NCBI GenBank assembly: GCA_031406395.1 | Contig: JANOHH010001131.1 | Coordinates: forward strand, 1-31,590 | Origin: Verrucomicrobiota bacterium | GTDB taxonomy: Bacteria > Verrucomicrobiota > Verrucomicrobiia > Limisphaerales > JADLHS01 | DNA length: 31,590 bases | Direction of reading: 5' to 3' | Translations under genes and position numbers: made by a program | Notes under the pieces: generated by a model | What the model saw: only the letters and a program-made list of their open reading frames with translations | What the model was told of the DNA's origin: nothing | Databases searched by the model: none | Shown: one piece after another, positions 1 to 8,761 of the stretch | Numbering within the stretch: position 1 is the first letter of the stretch | Layout of the letters: the number at the start of each line of letters is the position of its first letter

Positions 1-2
1 CG

Positions 3-98
3 GGCTGGCGGTGGAAAGAAACCGACGCCCAAACCATGCTCAACCTGCGTGTCACCCACGCCAACAAGCTTGGGAACTCCTGCTGGTCAAATGCTTGA
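3..98 (+). mobile_element. Possible C-terminal end of an ISKra4/ISLre2-like transposase (runs off window start)
   Basis: Frame from nt 3 reads GWRWKETDAQTMLNLRVTHANKLGNSCWSNA*, resembling the G-x-R-W-x4-A-x2-[ML]-L-x-L-R tail of these transposases. Only 31 aa are visible. Confidence 0.35.
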
Positions 99-213
99 GC
101 GGCACTTCCAGCCACAACCGGGTGGCGTGACGAGCTTGACACGCCGGTACCATCTGTGGAAATTGTGCGGGAAATTTGTGATAATAATCTGAGGCCAACT
201 GGCTTGAAACACT

Positions 214-582
214 ATGGATGAGGAGCAAAACAAGATTTGCCAGTTTTTGAAAACGTGGCCTGGTCAATATGTGTCGCGGAAGGAAATCTGCCGACGGGCC
301 GGAGGCAAACGGCGATACCGCGAAGATGAAAACTGGGCCGTGCCCATCCTCCAGCGCATGCTCGATATCAAACTCGTCGAAAAAGATAGCGCTGGCCACT
401 TCCGGCTCACGGAACAAAAGTCTGGCGATCAGAAGAAAGGCAAGAAGATGTGGATTTCACCTGCCATAAAGGCAATTCTTCGGAAAAACGGAGGAGATTT
501 CGGACTGATAGACTTGGATAAGGAAGTCGATTCAGCCGATGTGACGCTGAACTCTACCCAATCGAGCGAAGGGCGGGGCTAA
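214..582 (+). CDS. Hypothetical protein, 122 aa, possibly winged-helix-like
   Basis: ATG start, protein-like composition, EICRRAGGKRRY...WAVPILQRM...DSAGHFRL segment. Fold assignment is inference. Confidence 0.7.
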   Translation: MDEEQNKICQFLKTWPGQYVSRKEICRRAGGKRRYREDENWAVPILQRMLDIKLVEKDSAGHFRLTEQKSGDQKKGKKMWISPAIKAILRKNGGDFGLIDLDKEVDSADVTLNSTQSSEGRG

Positions 583-1445
583 CCCAATCGCTCTCCAAGG
601 AGCACCGTTTTCAGTCGGCAGAAGAGCAAAGGCGTGCCAGGCCCCAAAACACGCTGTGGCAGCCGTGCAAAGAATGCAACCTCTGCGGTAGTCAGTTGAA
701 ACACGGGGTTCGGGCGTCGAAGCCTTCTCCGCTATGATGGCTGGCGCAAAGACGGTGAGGATCGCCAAAGCGAACGCCGCGCAGCGGATGAAGTTTTCCG
801 TCTTCATCGGAAGGCCTGGCATCGATGCGTAATCGAATCCCGAGCGGTTCGGCAACTGCCCGCCGCGAATTCCTTCCGTGCCGCCGATGTTCAGCGCCAG
901 TTTTTCCGCTGGGTCTTTCTGCAACGCAATCGCGAGGTCATGGCCCGTGCGAAGGGAGTGGTCCACTTCCGGCCAACTTTCGTCAGCGCGGGCCGGCATT
1001 GTACGCCGCCGTGGGAGTCGCGGTCACACTCGCGCCGAAGTTCGCCAAGGTGACGATGGAGAGAATGTCCGCCCACATGTCCACGGCGAGCTTTGCAGCG
1101 TTCATCGCGCCAAGGCGCACCTCGAAAGTTGCTGGAACTTTCTTCCACCGCCGGATATTGCCGCTCGTCCACCGTGAACTTCTGGCTGCTCGTGTTGCTC
1201 ATTCCGGTGAATACGGAGTCCCCTGGCCTGCAGGTCGTCCGTGCTGGCGGCAGCCCGAACCCGAAGTTGATCTGGTGCGATAATGACCACCCACAGGGGG
1301 AAATTTTGCGTGCCCGAAGTACTGCGTGGCTCAAGCAGCCTCTGAAATAGGTCCGCGTGCCGTCATGGGTCGCGGCCATTTAGCTCAGCTGGACTCCGGG
1401 ATGCGCCAACGTTTCCGACAACTGCCAGTCGAGAAGCTGCGAAGC

Positions 1446-1488
1446 CCTCAAAAACAAAGTATTGTGAACCCAAGGTTCTTCCTATAAT
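1446..1488 (+). promoter_or_regulatory. Shared operator-like box plus sigma70-like promoter for the MFS gene
   Basis: CCTCAAAAACAAAGTA-TTGTGA-N15-TATAAT. Perfect -10 but short spacer. The box matches the 14888-14906 copy at 15/19. Confidence 0.55.
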
Positions 1489-1618
1489 GAGTTGCAATTA
1501 TCCCAAGACCAAATATGTAGAATTCATGAATTTAAACGCACCAAAGCAGCGGCCGCATGGAATCGTTGGTGACGAGTGGCGCGTCCGGCGAACCGCCGTT
1601 TTGCCGTGGGCATAGGTT

Positions 1619-2962
1619 GTGACCATGCCGCTCCAACCACCATCTGAGGCCAAACGCCTCATGCGCAATAAAACCTACGAACGCTGGCGCTGGCAAATCT
1701 TTGGGATCACCTGGCTGGCGTATGCGGGCTTCTACCTTACGCGCAAAAGTTTTTCCGTGGCGAAAAACGAATTGAAAAAGGTGGACGTGATGGGGTTGAC
1801 CAAGGGCGACATGGCCTGGATTGACGGCGCGAACTCGGTCGCCTACGCGCTGGGCCAGTTCTTGTTCGGCTCCTTGGGCGACAAATTCGGCACGCGGACG
1901 ATCATCCTGCTCGGCATGCTCGCGTCCGTTACCACCGCGCTGGCGATGGGTTTCGCCAACAGCGTGCTGATGCTGGGTGTGCTCTTCGGCCTTCAAGGCT
2001 TGTGCCAGGCCAGTGGGTGGGCGCCGCTGGCCAAGAACGTCGGCGAATTCTTCTCGCAACGCGAACGCGGCACGATCATGGGATTCTGGTGCACGAATTA
2101 TGCGCTGGGCGGCTTCCTCGCGACCACGTTGGCGGGCGTCGCCGCGCAGAAGTTTGGCTGGCGCTTCGCTTTCTTTGTGCCGGCGGGCGGCTTGTTGGTC
2201 ATCTGGGTGCTCTTCCTTTTGTTCCAGCGCAACCGGCCCGAGGATGTGGGCTTGCCCCCCATCGAACAATATCACGCCGAGCCGGAAGCTGTGCTCGATG
2301 CACGCGAGACGCCGGCGGAAGAGTTGGAAGGCTCCTGGAAAGTCGTGGGGGAAGTATTGCGCAACCCAATGGTGTGGCTCTTGGCCGCCGTCTATTTTCT
2401 GGTCAAGCCGACGCGGTATCTCATTCTCACCTGGTCACCGGTTTACATCAACGAACTGCTCGGCACGAGCACCGCGAGTTCGGGATTTCTCGGGAGTCTT
2501 TTCGATCTGGCTGGACCGGTCGGGACCCTGGCGGGTGGTATCATTTCGGACCGCCTGTTCAAGTCCAAGCGCATTCCGGTATGCGTAATTGCGTTGTTTT
2601 GCACGGCCCTGGCGATGGTCGCCTTCCGGTTTCTGCCTCATTCCCGCCTGGCCATTGGTGCCGGGATGTTTGTCATCGGCTTTCTGGTCTTCATCCCCGA
2701 CTCGCTCATCAGCGGGGCGGCGACAATTGATTTTGGGACGAAGAAAGGTGCTTCCACCGCCAGCGGGCTGGTTAACGGTTGCGGCTCCATCGGCCAAATT
2801 CTTGGTGTTACCCTTCCCGGTTGGGCGGGAAACATCGTCGGGCAAGGACAGGACATCTGGAACCCAATTTTTCTGTGGCTCGGAGTGGCACTGGCCGTTG
2901 CGGGATTGATTCTTATGCCGCAGTGGAATCGTCTGCCAGCCACCGCGAAAGCCACAACTTAG
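1619..2962 (+). CDS. MFS transporter, GlpT/UhpT (organophosphate:Pi antiporter / SLC37-like) family
   Basis: RWRWQIFGITWLAYAGFYLTRKSFSVAK, GSLGDKFGTR, GLCQASGW, ERGTIMGFW and ~12 hydrophobic segments. Exact start uncertain (1619, 1625 or 1661). Confidence 0.9.
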   Translation: MTMPLQPPSEAKRLMRNKTYERWRWQIFGITWLAYAGFYLTRKSFSVAKNELKKVDVMGLTKGDMAWIDGANSVAYALGQFLFGSLGDKFGTRTIILLGMLASVTTALAMGFANSVLMLGVLFGLQGLCQASGWAPLAKNVGEFFSQRERGTIMGFWCTNYALGGFLATTLAGVAAQKFGWRFAFFVPAGGLLVIWVLFLLFQRNRPEDVGLPPIEQYHAEPEAVLDARETPAEELEGSWKVVGEVLRNPMVWLLAAVYFLVKPTRYLILTWSPVYINELLGTSTASSGFLGSLFDLAGPVGTLAGGIISDRLFKSKRIPVCVIALFCTALAMVAFRFLPHSRLAIGAGMFVIGFLVFIPDSLISGAATIDFGTKKGASTASGLVNGCGSIGQILGVTLPGWAGNIVGQGQDIWNPIFLWLGVALAVAGLILMPQWNRLPATAKATT

Positions 2963-2983
2963 TTTTGCCGGCCACCGGTACGC

Positions 2984-5431
2984 TCAAACCATGATCTTTT
3001 CGTTTTTGGGATCGAACGGTGGTTGCAACATGGCTCGAGCGGGATATTGTTTACCCGCGAAGTCGATGGTGTATTGGCCGCTCGTGACAAACTCCGGCGT
3101 GATGATGTCGTCGCTCTTCACGTAACCGAACGCCAACGCGCGGCCTAGCGTGAACCCGTAGTAGCCTGAAGTGGTCGTGCCCATGAGCTTGCCGTCACGG
3201 AAAATGCGCTCACCGCCCCAGAGCATCGCGTCAGGGTCCTCCACCACGAAGGAGGCGAGGCGACGTTTGACCCCGGTTTCTTTTTGCTTCAGCAAAGCCT
3301 CCTTGCCGATGAAGTTCGTTTTCTTGTCCAGCTTCACCATGAAACCGAGCCCCGCTTCATAGGGGGTATCGCCGGGGGTAATTTCCGCACCCCAGGCGCG
3401 GTAGGCCTTTTCCATGCGAAGCGAATTGATGGGGTAAAAGCCCGCGTGGGTCAGTTCGTACTTTTTCCCCGCCGCTTGCAGGGCGTCGAACACTCCTTGA
3501 ATCTGATCCATGCGCGCGTGCAGTTCCCAGCCAAGTTCACCAACGTACGTGATCCGGATCATAAGGACGTTGGCGTTGGCCAGGCTGTGCCATTGGGTGG
3601 TGCTGAACGGAAAAGCTGTGAGTGAAAGGTCGGCGTCGGTGAGTTCGTTAAGCAACTTGCGGGCGTTCGGTCCCATGACGCCCAACACGCCGTAGGCAGG
3701 AGTCACATCCGTGATCGTAGCCCGCTCTTCCGGAAGGATGTGTTTGTGGATCCAATAAAAATCCCGCGTCGGCTGCCCCGAGCCGGTGATGATGTAGTAT
3801 TGGTCCTCCGCGATCCGGGCGAAACAGAGGTCGGACTCGTAGCCGCCCCGCGCATTCAGCATCCCGCTATAGAGGAATTTGCCGACGGGCATGTCCACGT
3901 GCCCCGGCGAGAGGCGGTCGAGGACGCGAACGGCGTCGCGCCCTTGGAGCATGAACTTGCTGAACGAGGATTGATCCCAGACCGCGACGTGTTCGCGCGC
4001 GGCGCGATGTTCGGCGGCGACGCAATCCCACCAATTCTGGCGGCCGAAAGAGTAAGCCATTCCCGGCTGGGTGCCTGGGCGCGGGAACCAAATAGGGCGT
4101 TCGATGGCCATTTTGCTCCCGTGGAAGGCGCCGAGCAAGTTGAGCCGATCGTACAGCGGGCTTTTGCGCGTGCCGCGGGCGCTCTCCAATTCGTAATTCG
4201 GCCAGGCCATCCGATACTGGAGGCCGGCTGTCTCCGTCACCCGGTGGCGCAGGAAATCGCGGTTGTTTTGGAACGGCGAGAAGCGGCGAATGTCCACGCC
4301 CCACAAATCGTAAGGCTGCTCGCCTGCCAGAATCCATTGCGCCAGCACCTCGCCCGCACCGCCGGCGTAAGCGAGGCTGTGGCCGTTGAAGCCCGCCGCC
4401 ACAAAAAGCTGATCCACCTCCGGCACCTCGCCGATGATGAAGTTTGTGTCGGGCGTGAAGGTTGCCGGGCCGTTGACCATTTTCTCGAAGGGCTCCTGCC
4501 CGAGCGCGGGGACGCGGTGTTGCGCCGCCTTGATCGCGTCGGCAACGTAACTCCGATCTTCCGGCAGTGGTTTGCCGGCGAAATCGGGCGGGATAGGGTC
4601 AACCAAACACGGCTTGCTCTTCTTCGGGAACGTGCCGAGGATAATCTGCCCGCGGTCGTCGGTGCGGAAATAAATCGCCGCGTCCGGATCGCGCACACAG
4701 GACAGATCGGCGCCCGCGCCCGGGACCGTTTTCGAGATGAGGTAGGGATGCTCGACCGGATACACCGGCACGTTGGCGCCGAATTGCAGAGCCAGTTGCC
4801 GGGACCACATCCCGGCACACAGAACAACCTGCTCGGCGGCAATTTCCCCTTGTGCAGTGGCCACACCGACCGCGCGGCCTTCTTTGCGCAGAATGCTCGT
4901 GACGCGTACGCCGGTCACAATGGTCGCCCCGCGTTGTTCCGCGCCTTGGGCGAGCGCGAGCGCGGCTTGCCGTGCGTCCACGCGACCCTCGGCGGGCAAC
5001 CACATGGCGCCGCGAATATCTTGCGTGTCGAGGAGCGGCCATTTTTGCTTTGCCTCATCCGCGGTGATGAGGCTGACATCCAGTCCCGAGGCCTGCGCCA
5101 GCGGCACGGCGCGGCGATACTGAATCATGCGCGCCTCCGTCTGTGCCAACACGAGCGAGCCAACCGGTTTCCAGCCGGTGGCGATGCCGGTTTCCGTTTC
5201 AAGCGCGGCATAGAGTTTGGCGCTGGCGTCGATGAGTTTGCGCAACCCCGCTTGCGGTGCGCCGCCGACCAGACCGGCCGCGAACGAAGTCGCGCCACCG
5301 CCAATTTCACCTGGTTCCAGCAGCACCACCTCGCGACAGCCTTGTTTCGCCAGGTGGTACGCGACACTGCAACCAATGATGCCGCCACCGACGATCACAA
5401 TGCGGGTTTGTTTGGGGAGGGAATGGCTCAT
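2984..5431 (-). CDS. GcvT-family FAD-dependent oxidoreductase (sarcosine/dimethylglycine dehydrogenase-like, 815 aa)
   Basis: N-terminal VIVGGGIIG Rossmann motif, TFTPD, FAO_M-like DIRRF, GcvT-like DQSSFSKF, ITYVGELGWELH, SLRMEKAYRAWG and C-terminal PPFDPKNEK. Confidence 0.92.
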   Translation of the reverse strand: MSHSLPKQTRIVIVGGGIIGCSVAYHLAKQGCREVVLLEPGEIGGGATSFAAGLVGGAPQAGLRKLIDASAKLYAALETETGIATGWKPVGSLVLAQTEARMIQYRRAVPLAQASGLDVSLITADEAKQKWPLLDTQDIRGAMWLPAEGRVDARQAALALAQGAEQRGATIVTGVRVTSILRKEGRAVGVATAQGEIAAEQVVLCAGMWSRQLALQFGANVPVYPVEHPYLISKTVPGAGADLSCVRDPDAAIYFRTDDRGQIILGTFPKKSKPCLVDPIPPDFAGKPLPEDRSYVADAIKAAQHRVPALGQEPFEKMVNGPATFTPDTNFIIGEVPEVDQLFVAAGFNGHSLAYAGGAGEVLAQWILAGEQPYDLWGVDIRRFSPFQNNRDFLRHRVTETAGLQYRMAWPNYELESARGTRKSPLYDRLNLLGAFHGSKMAIERPIWFPRPGTQPGMAYSFGRQNWWDCVAAEHRAAREHVAVWDQSSFSKFMLQGRDAVRVLDRLSPGHVDMPVGKFLYSGMLNARGGYESDLCFARIAEDQYYIITGSGQPTRDFYWIHKHILPEERATITDVTPAYGVLGVMGPNARKLLNELTDADLSLTAFPFSTTQWHSLANANVLMIRITYVGELGWELHARMDQIQGVFDALQAAGKKYELTHAGFYPINSLRMEKAYRAWGAEITPGDTPYEAGLGFMVKLDKKTNFIGKEALLKQKETGVKRRLASFVVEDPDAMLWGGERIFRDGKLMGTTTSGYYGFTLGRALAFGYVKSDDIITPEFVTSGQYTIDFAGKQYPARAMLQPPFDPKNEKIMV

Positions 5432-5480
5432 GGTTTTCCCAATTGAATCAAAGTTGTTTCCTTTTCAACCTCGAGGACGT

Positions 5481-6713
5481 TCAAGGTTTCGTGAGGCCGT
5501 AGTACTCAGCGTAAATGCGCGAAGCGCTGGCTTGGGCGCCGGGCCAGGTCCATTTTGAATCGCTAAAGCGGTTGGGGCTCAGGCTTTGGACGTAGGGCGA
5601 TGGCTTGGGGTCGAGCAGGGATTCGACGACGTGACGGCCGATGCCAGCCGAACCAGAGACCCCGTGGGCGTTGCAGCCGCCCGCCATGACGAAGCCTTTG
5701 ACTTTCTCCGTCGGCCCAATGATAAAGCGGCCATCGGGCGTAAAAGTCGGCCAGCCTTTGAAGACGCTGCGAATGCCGAGGTCCGACGCTTTGGGAAAAT
5801 TCGGGATGAGATCTTCGGCGAATTTGGCCAGGACATCCCAATCCGGCTCGATGCCGGGTGGATTTCCCTGCAACGCATATTTCCGCGGGTCGGTGTGAAG
5901 CGGATTCGACTCCCAACCACCCAGGAGCAGGGCATTGACGTCGGTGCGGATGTAAAGGCTGAGGTCAGGAATGCGGATGACCGGGAAATTCGGCGTCAAC
6001 CCCGCGCACGGGACACTGATAAAATATTCGTGGCGCACCGGAACGATCGGCAATTCCAAACCGACGAGTTTGGCGATGTGAAACGCGTGGGCCCCGGCGG
6101 CATTGATGACGGTGTCGCAGCGGATCGTTCCTTTGTCCGTCACCACGCCCGTGACGCGGCCGTCTTTCGTCAGGATTTGTTCCGCCGCCGTGTTGACACT
6201 GAACTGCACGCCGCGGCGCCCGCTCTGCGAGCAATAACTCGCGGTCAAATCATACGGCTGCAAATAGCCCTCGGTCGGACACCAGAGAATGGATTTGGCC
6301 ATGGAAAAATTCATCCCCGGCCACTTTTCTTCCGCGACTTTCGGTGTGATATACGCCGTTTCCAAACCCGCCTGATCCGCGATCGCCTTCATCCGCTGGA
6401 ATTCTTCCACCCGCGCAGCATTCAATGCCACGCGGAGCGAGCCCACCTGCCGCCAGGTCGGATTGGCCTTCGTGTCCTTTTGCAATTCGGAAAACGTTTT
6501 GACCGACCACATGGCGAGTTGGGTGCGCTCGAGGGTGGCGCGCACCTGGCCGACCAGTCCAGCTGCCTGGGCCGAGGTGGCTGCGGCAACCGATGACTCC
6601 TTTTCAATGAGGAGGATGTCGGTTTCGCCCGCCAGCGCCATTTGATAGGCCGTGCCGCAGCCGACCGCGCCGCCGCCGATAATGACAATTTTTGCGTCTT
6701 TGATCTTGCTCAT
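5481..6713 (-). CDS. FAD-dependent oxidoreductase (DAO family), dehydrogenase module only, no GcvT/folate domain
   Basis: IVIIGGGAVG, AAGLVGQVR, VINAAG, PTFTPDGRFIIG, GCNAHGVSGSAGIG. Collinear with the first ~410 aa of the 815-aa neighbour. Confidence 0.88.
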   Translation of the reverse strand: MSKIKDAKIVIIGGGAVGCGTAYQMALAGETDILLIEKESSVAAATSAQAAGLVGQVRATLERTQLAMWSVKTFSELQKDTKANPTWRQVGSLRVALNAARVEEFQRMKAIADQAGLETAYITPKVAEEKWPGMNFSMAKSILWCPTEGYLQPYDLTASYCSQSGRRGVQFSVNTAAEQILTKDGRVTGVVTDKGTIRCDTVINAAGAHAFHIAKLVGLELPIVPVRHEYFISVPCAGLTPNFPVIRIPDLSLYIRTDVNALLLGGWESNPLHTDPRKYALQGNPPGIEPDWDVLAKFAEDLIPNFPKASDLGIRSVFKGWPTFTPDGRFIIGPTEKVKGFVMAGGCNAHGVSGSAGIGRHVVESLLDPKPSPYVQSLSPNRFSDSKWTWPGAQASASRIYAEYYGLTKP

Positions 6714-6754
6714 GATATTTTATCCTGCGGTCATTGCCTGATTAAAACTTCTGG

Positions 6755-7723
6755 TCACACAGCTCCATTAAGTTTGGTGATCATTTGCGGGACAAGTTCG
6801 TATAGATCGCCGACGAGACCGTAGTCGGCCACTTCGAAAATCGGCGCATCCGGATCGCTGTTGATGGCGACGATGGTCTTGGAATTCTTCATCCCCGCCA
6901 GGTGCTGGACCGCGCCGGAAATACCCAGGGCAATGTACAGTTCAGGCGCAACCACTTTGCCCGTTTGCCCGACTTGAAATGCGTTCGGCGTGATGCCCGC
7001 GTCCACCAAGGCCCGCGAACTGCCCGTCGCCGCGTGCAGTTTGTCCGCCAAGCCACCGACCAGGCGTTCGAAGTCTTCGCTGCTCTTGATGCCGCGCCCG
7101 CCGGAGACGACGATGCGCGCTTCGGTCACGTCGGGGCGGCTGGAAAGCTTGGACTGCAGGGTCTCGAATTCAGTCTTCTTTGGCAAGGTCGCTTCATCCA
7201 TTGCTACGTTCGTGATCGTAGCGCGTTCGGCGCGCGCGCTGGCAGCCGGGTAGGCCGACGGACGAATCGTGACAATCTGCGGATTGCCACAGAGCGCCAC
7301 GGTCGCAACGACGGCTCCGGCGAAGAGCGGTCGGCGAAAACAAAGCTGGCCGTGGCGGAACTCATGTCCAATCACTTCGCTGGCCATCGCGCCCCCAAGC
7401 AATCCGGCGGCCCGCGGCAAAATATCTTTCGCGAAGGGGGTCGCCGCGGCGACCACCAAATCGAAACCGCGTTGCTTGGCCACGTCCGCGATGACCTTCG
7501 CGTAGCGATCGGCCACGGGATTGGCCAGCGCAGGATGGTCAGCAAGCAACACGGGGGCGTACGCCGCCGCATCCTGCGCGACCGCCGCGAGCGAGTGGCC
7601 GAGCAGGAGGCATTCGATGCTGCCTCGGGTCGGCTCCGCGACCGCATTGGCGAAGGCGACTGCCGAGCGGCTGCCGAGGCGGATGCCTTGGCCATCATGT
7701 TCGCAGAGGATCAGGACACGCAT
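6755..7723 (-). CDS. etfA: Electron transfer flavoprotein alpha subunit
   Basis: [50 protein letters not shown]. Start set at ATG 7723 (MRVLILCEH). Confidence 0.95.
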   Translation of the reverse strand: MRVLILCEHDGQGIRLGSRSAVAFANAVAEPTRGSIECLLLGHSLAAVAQDAAAYAPVLLADHPALANPVADRYAKVIADVAKQRGFDLVVAAATPFAKDILPRAAGLLGGAMASEVIGHEFRHGQLCFRRPLFAGAVVATVALCGNPQIVTIRPSAYPAASARAERATITNVAMDEATLPKKTEFETLQSKLSSRPDVTEARIVVSGGRGIKSSEDFERLVGGLADKLHAATGSSRALVDAGITPNAFQVGQTGKVVAPELYIALGISGAVQHLAGMKNSKTIVAINSDPDAPIFEVADYGLVGDLYELVPQMITKLNGAV

Positions 7724-7733
7724 GGATTTCACT

Positions 7734-8486
7734 CTAAAGCACTTTTTCCTCGTCACGCAGTCTAACGAGCAATTCATCGAGGTTGCCGACGCGCACGCTT
7801 TTGCGCCGCGAAGGTACGGCCTCGAGGCCGAGCAATTGCAGACGCGGCTCGATCGTCACGCCAAGTTCGGCCACCGGGATGCGTTCGATGCTTTTTTTTC
7901 GCGCTTTCATGATGCTCGTCATGGAGGCGTAGCGCGGTTCGTTGAGGCGGAGGTCGGCGGTGACGACAGCGGGCAGGGGGACGCGAACGATTTCCAGCCC
8001 CGCATCGGTTTCGCGGGTCACGCGCAGGCCACCGTTGAGGAATTCGATCTTCGAGGCGAAGGTCGCCTGGGGCCAGTCGAGGAGCGCGGCGAGCATCTGC
8101 CCGGTCTGATTGAAATCATCGTCCACGCCTTGCTTGCCCATGAGAATCAAATCGGGCTGAAAACGACTGGCAAATGCCCGGAGAACGCAGGCCACGTTCC
8201 AGGAATCGAGCGGTGCGTCGCAGAGAATCAGCGATGCGTTGTCTGCGCCCATCGCCAGTGCGGTGCGGAGCTGCGGCTCGCAGGCCTCCGTGCCGACGGC
8301 CACGGCCAGCACTTCGACCTCGTCGGTGGATTTCTCCCGAATCCGCAATGCCTCTTCCACGGCGATCGCGTCAAAAGGATTCATCACGAACGGCAGTCCG
8401 TCCGTGACGATGCCGGAACCATCGGCTTTGACCTGAATCTTCTGATCCGTGTCAGGGACACGTTTGATGGGGGCGAGGATTTTCAC
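7734..8486 (-). CDS. etfB: Electron transfer flavoprotein beta subunit
   Basis: MKILAPIKRVPD, MNPFDAIAVEEALR, ALAMGAD, GKQGVDDD, LNEPRY. GTG start. Confidence 0.95.
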   Translation of the reverse strand: MKILAPIKRVPDTDQKIQVKADGSGIVTDGLPFVMNPFDAIAVEEALRIREKSTDEVEVLAVAVGTEACEPQLRTALAMGADNASLILCDAPLDSWNVACVLRAFASRFQPDLILMGKQGVDDDFNQTGQMLAALLDWPQATFASKIEFLNGGLRVTRETDAGLEIVRVPLPAVVTADLRLNEPRYASMTSIMKARKKSIERIPVAELGVTIEPRLQLLGLEAVPSRRKSVRVGNLDELLVRLRDEEKVL

Positions 8487-8592
8487 GCGGTTAAGCGTAA
8501 CGCCCCAGCGACCGGCCGTGGCAGCGCGCCTTCAGCGAAGCCGGTGACGTTGTAAAACCAGTAACTCATAAAACTGCAACGCATAGCCCCGC

Positions 8593-8703
8593 TTAGCTGA
8601 GGACGATGACTTGCTGGCGGCGCATGGCCAGTTGCTTGGCGGTGCTCAAGCCCGCGCCGCCACCACCGACGATGAGGACATTCGCGTTGGAGCGTAAATT
8701 CAT
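8593..8703 (-). pseudogene. Remnant of an FAD-dependent oxidoreductase (Rossmann N-terminus only)
   Basis: Translated by hand: MNLRSNANVLIVGGGGAGLSTAKQLAMRRQQVIVLS*. A beta-alpha-beta GxGxxG motif that stops after 36 aa. Confidence 0.7.
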
Positions 8704-8761
8704 TCCGTTGCTTCCGTTTTGTGAATCGAGAAACGAAAACAAACCTTTTCCACCCTGCGCA

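Noticed and set aside
1369-1395. GCGGCCATTTAGCTCAGCTGGA looks like a tRNA 5' half
   Set aside because: No T-arm (GTTCRA) and no 3' acceptor strand or CCA follow.
3740-5446. Long antisense ORFs (also 11674-14028 +, 17693-18847 -, 21265-22509 -, 6902-7765 +, 7521-8555 +)
   Set aside because: They are shadows of well-supported genes on the opposite strand, expected from GC-rich codon usage, and have no family motifs.
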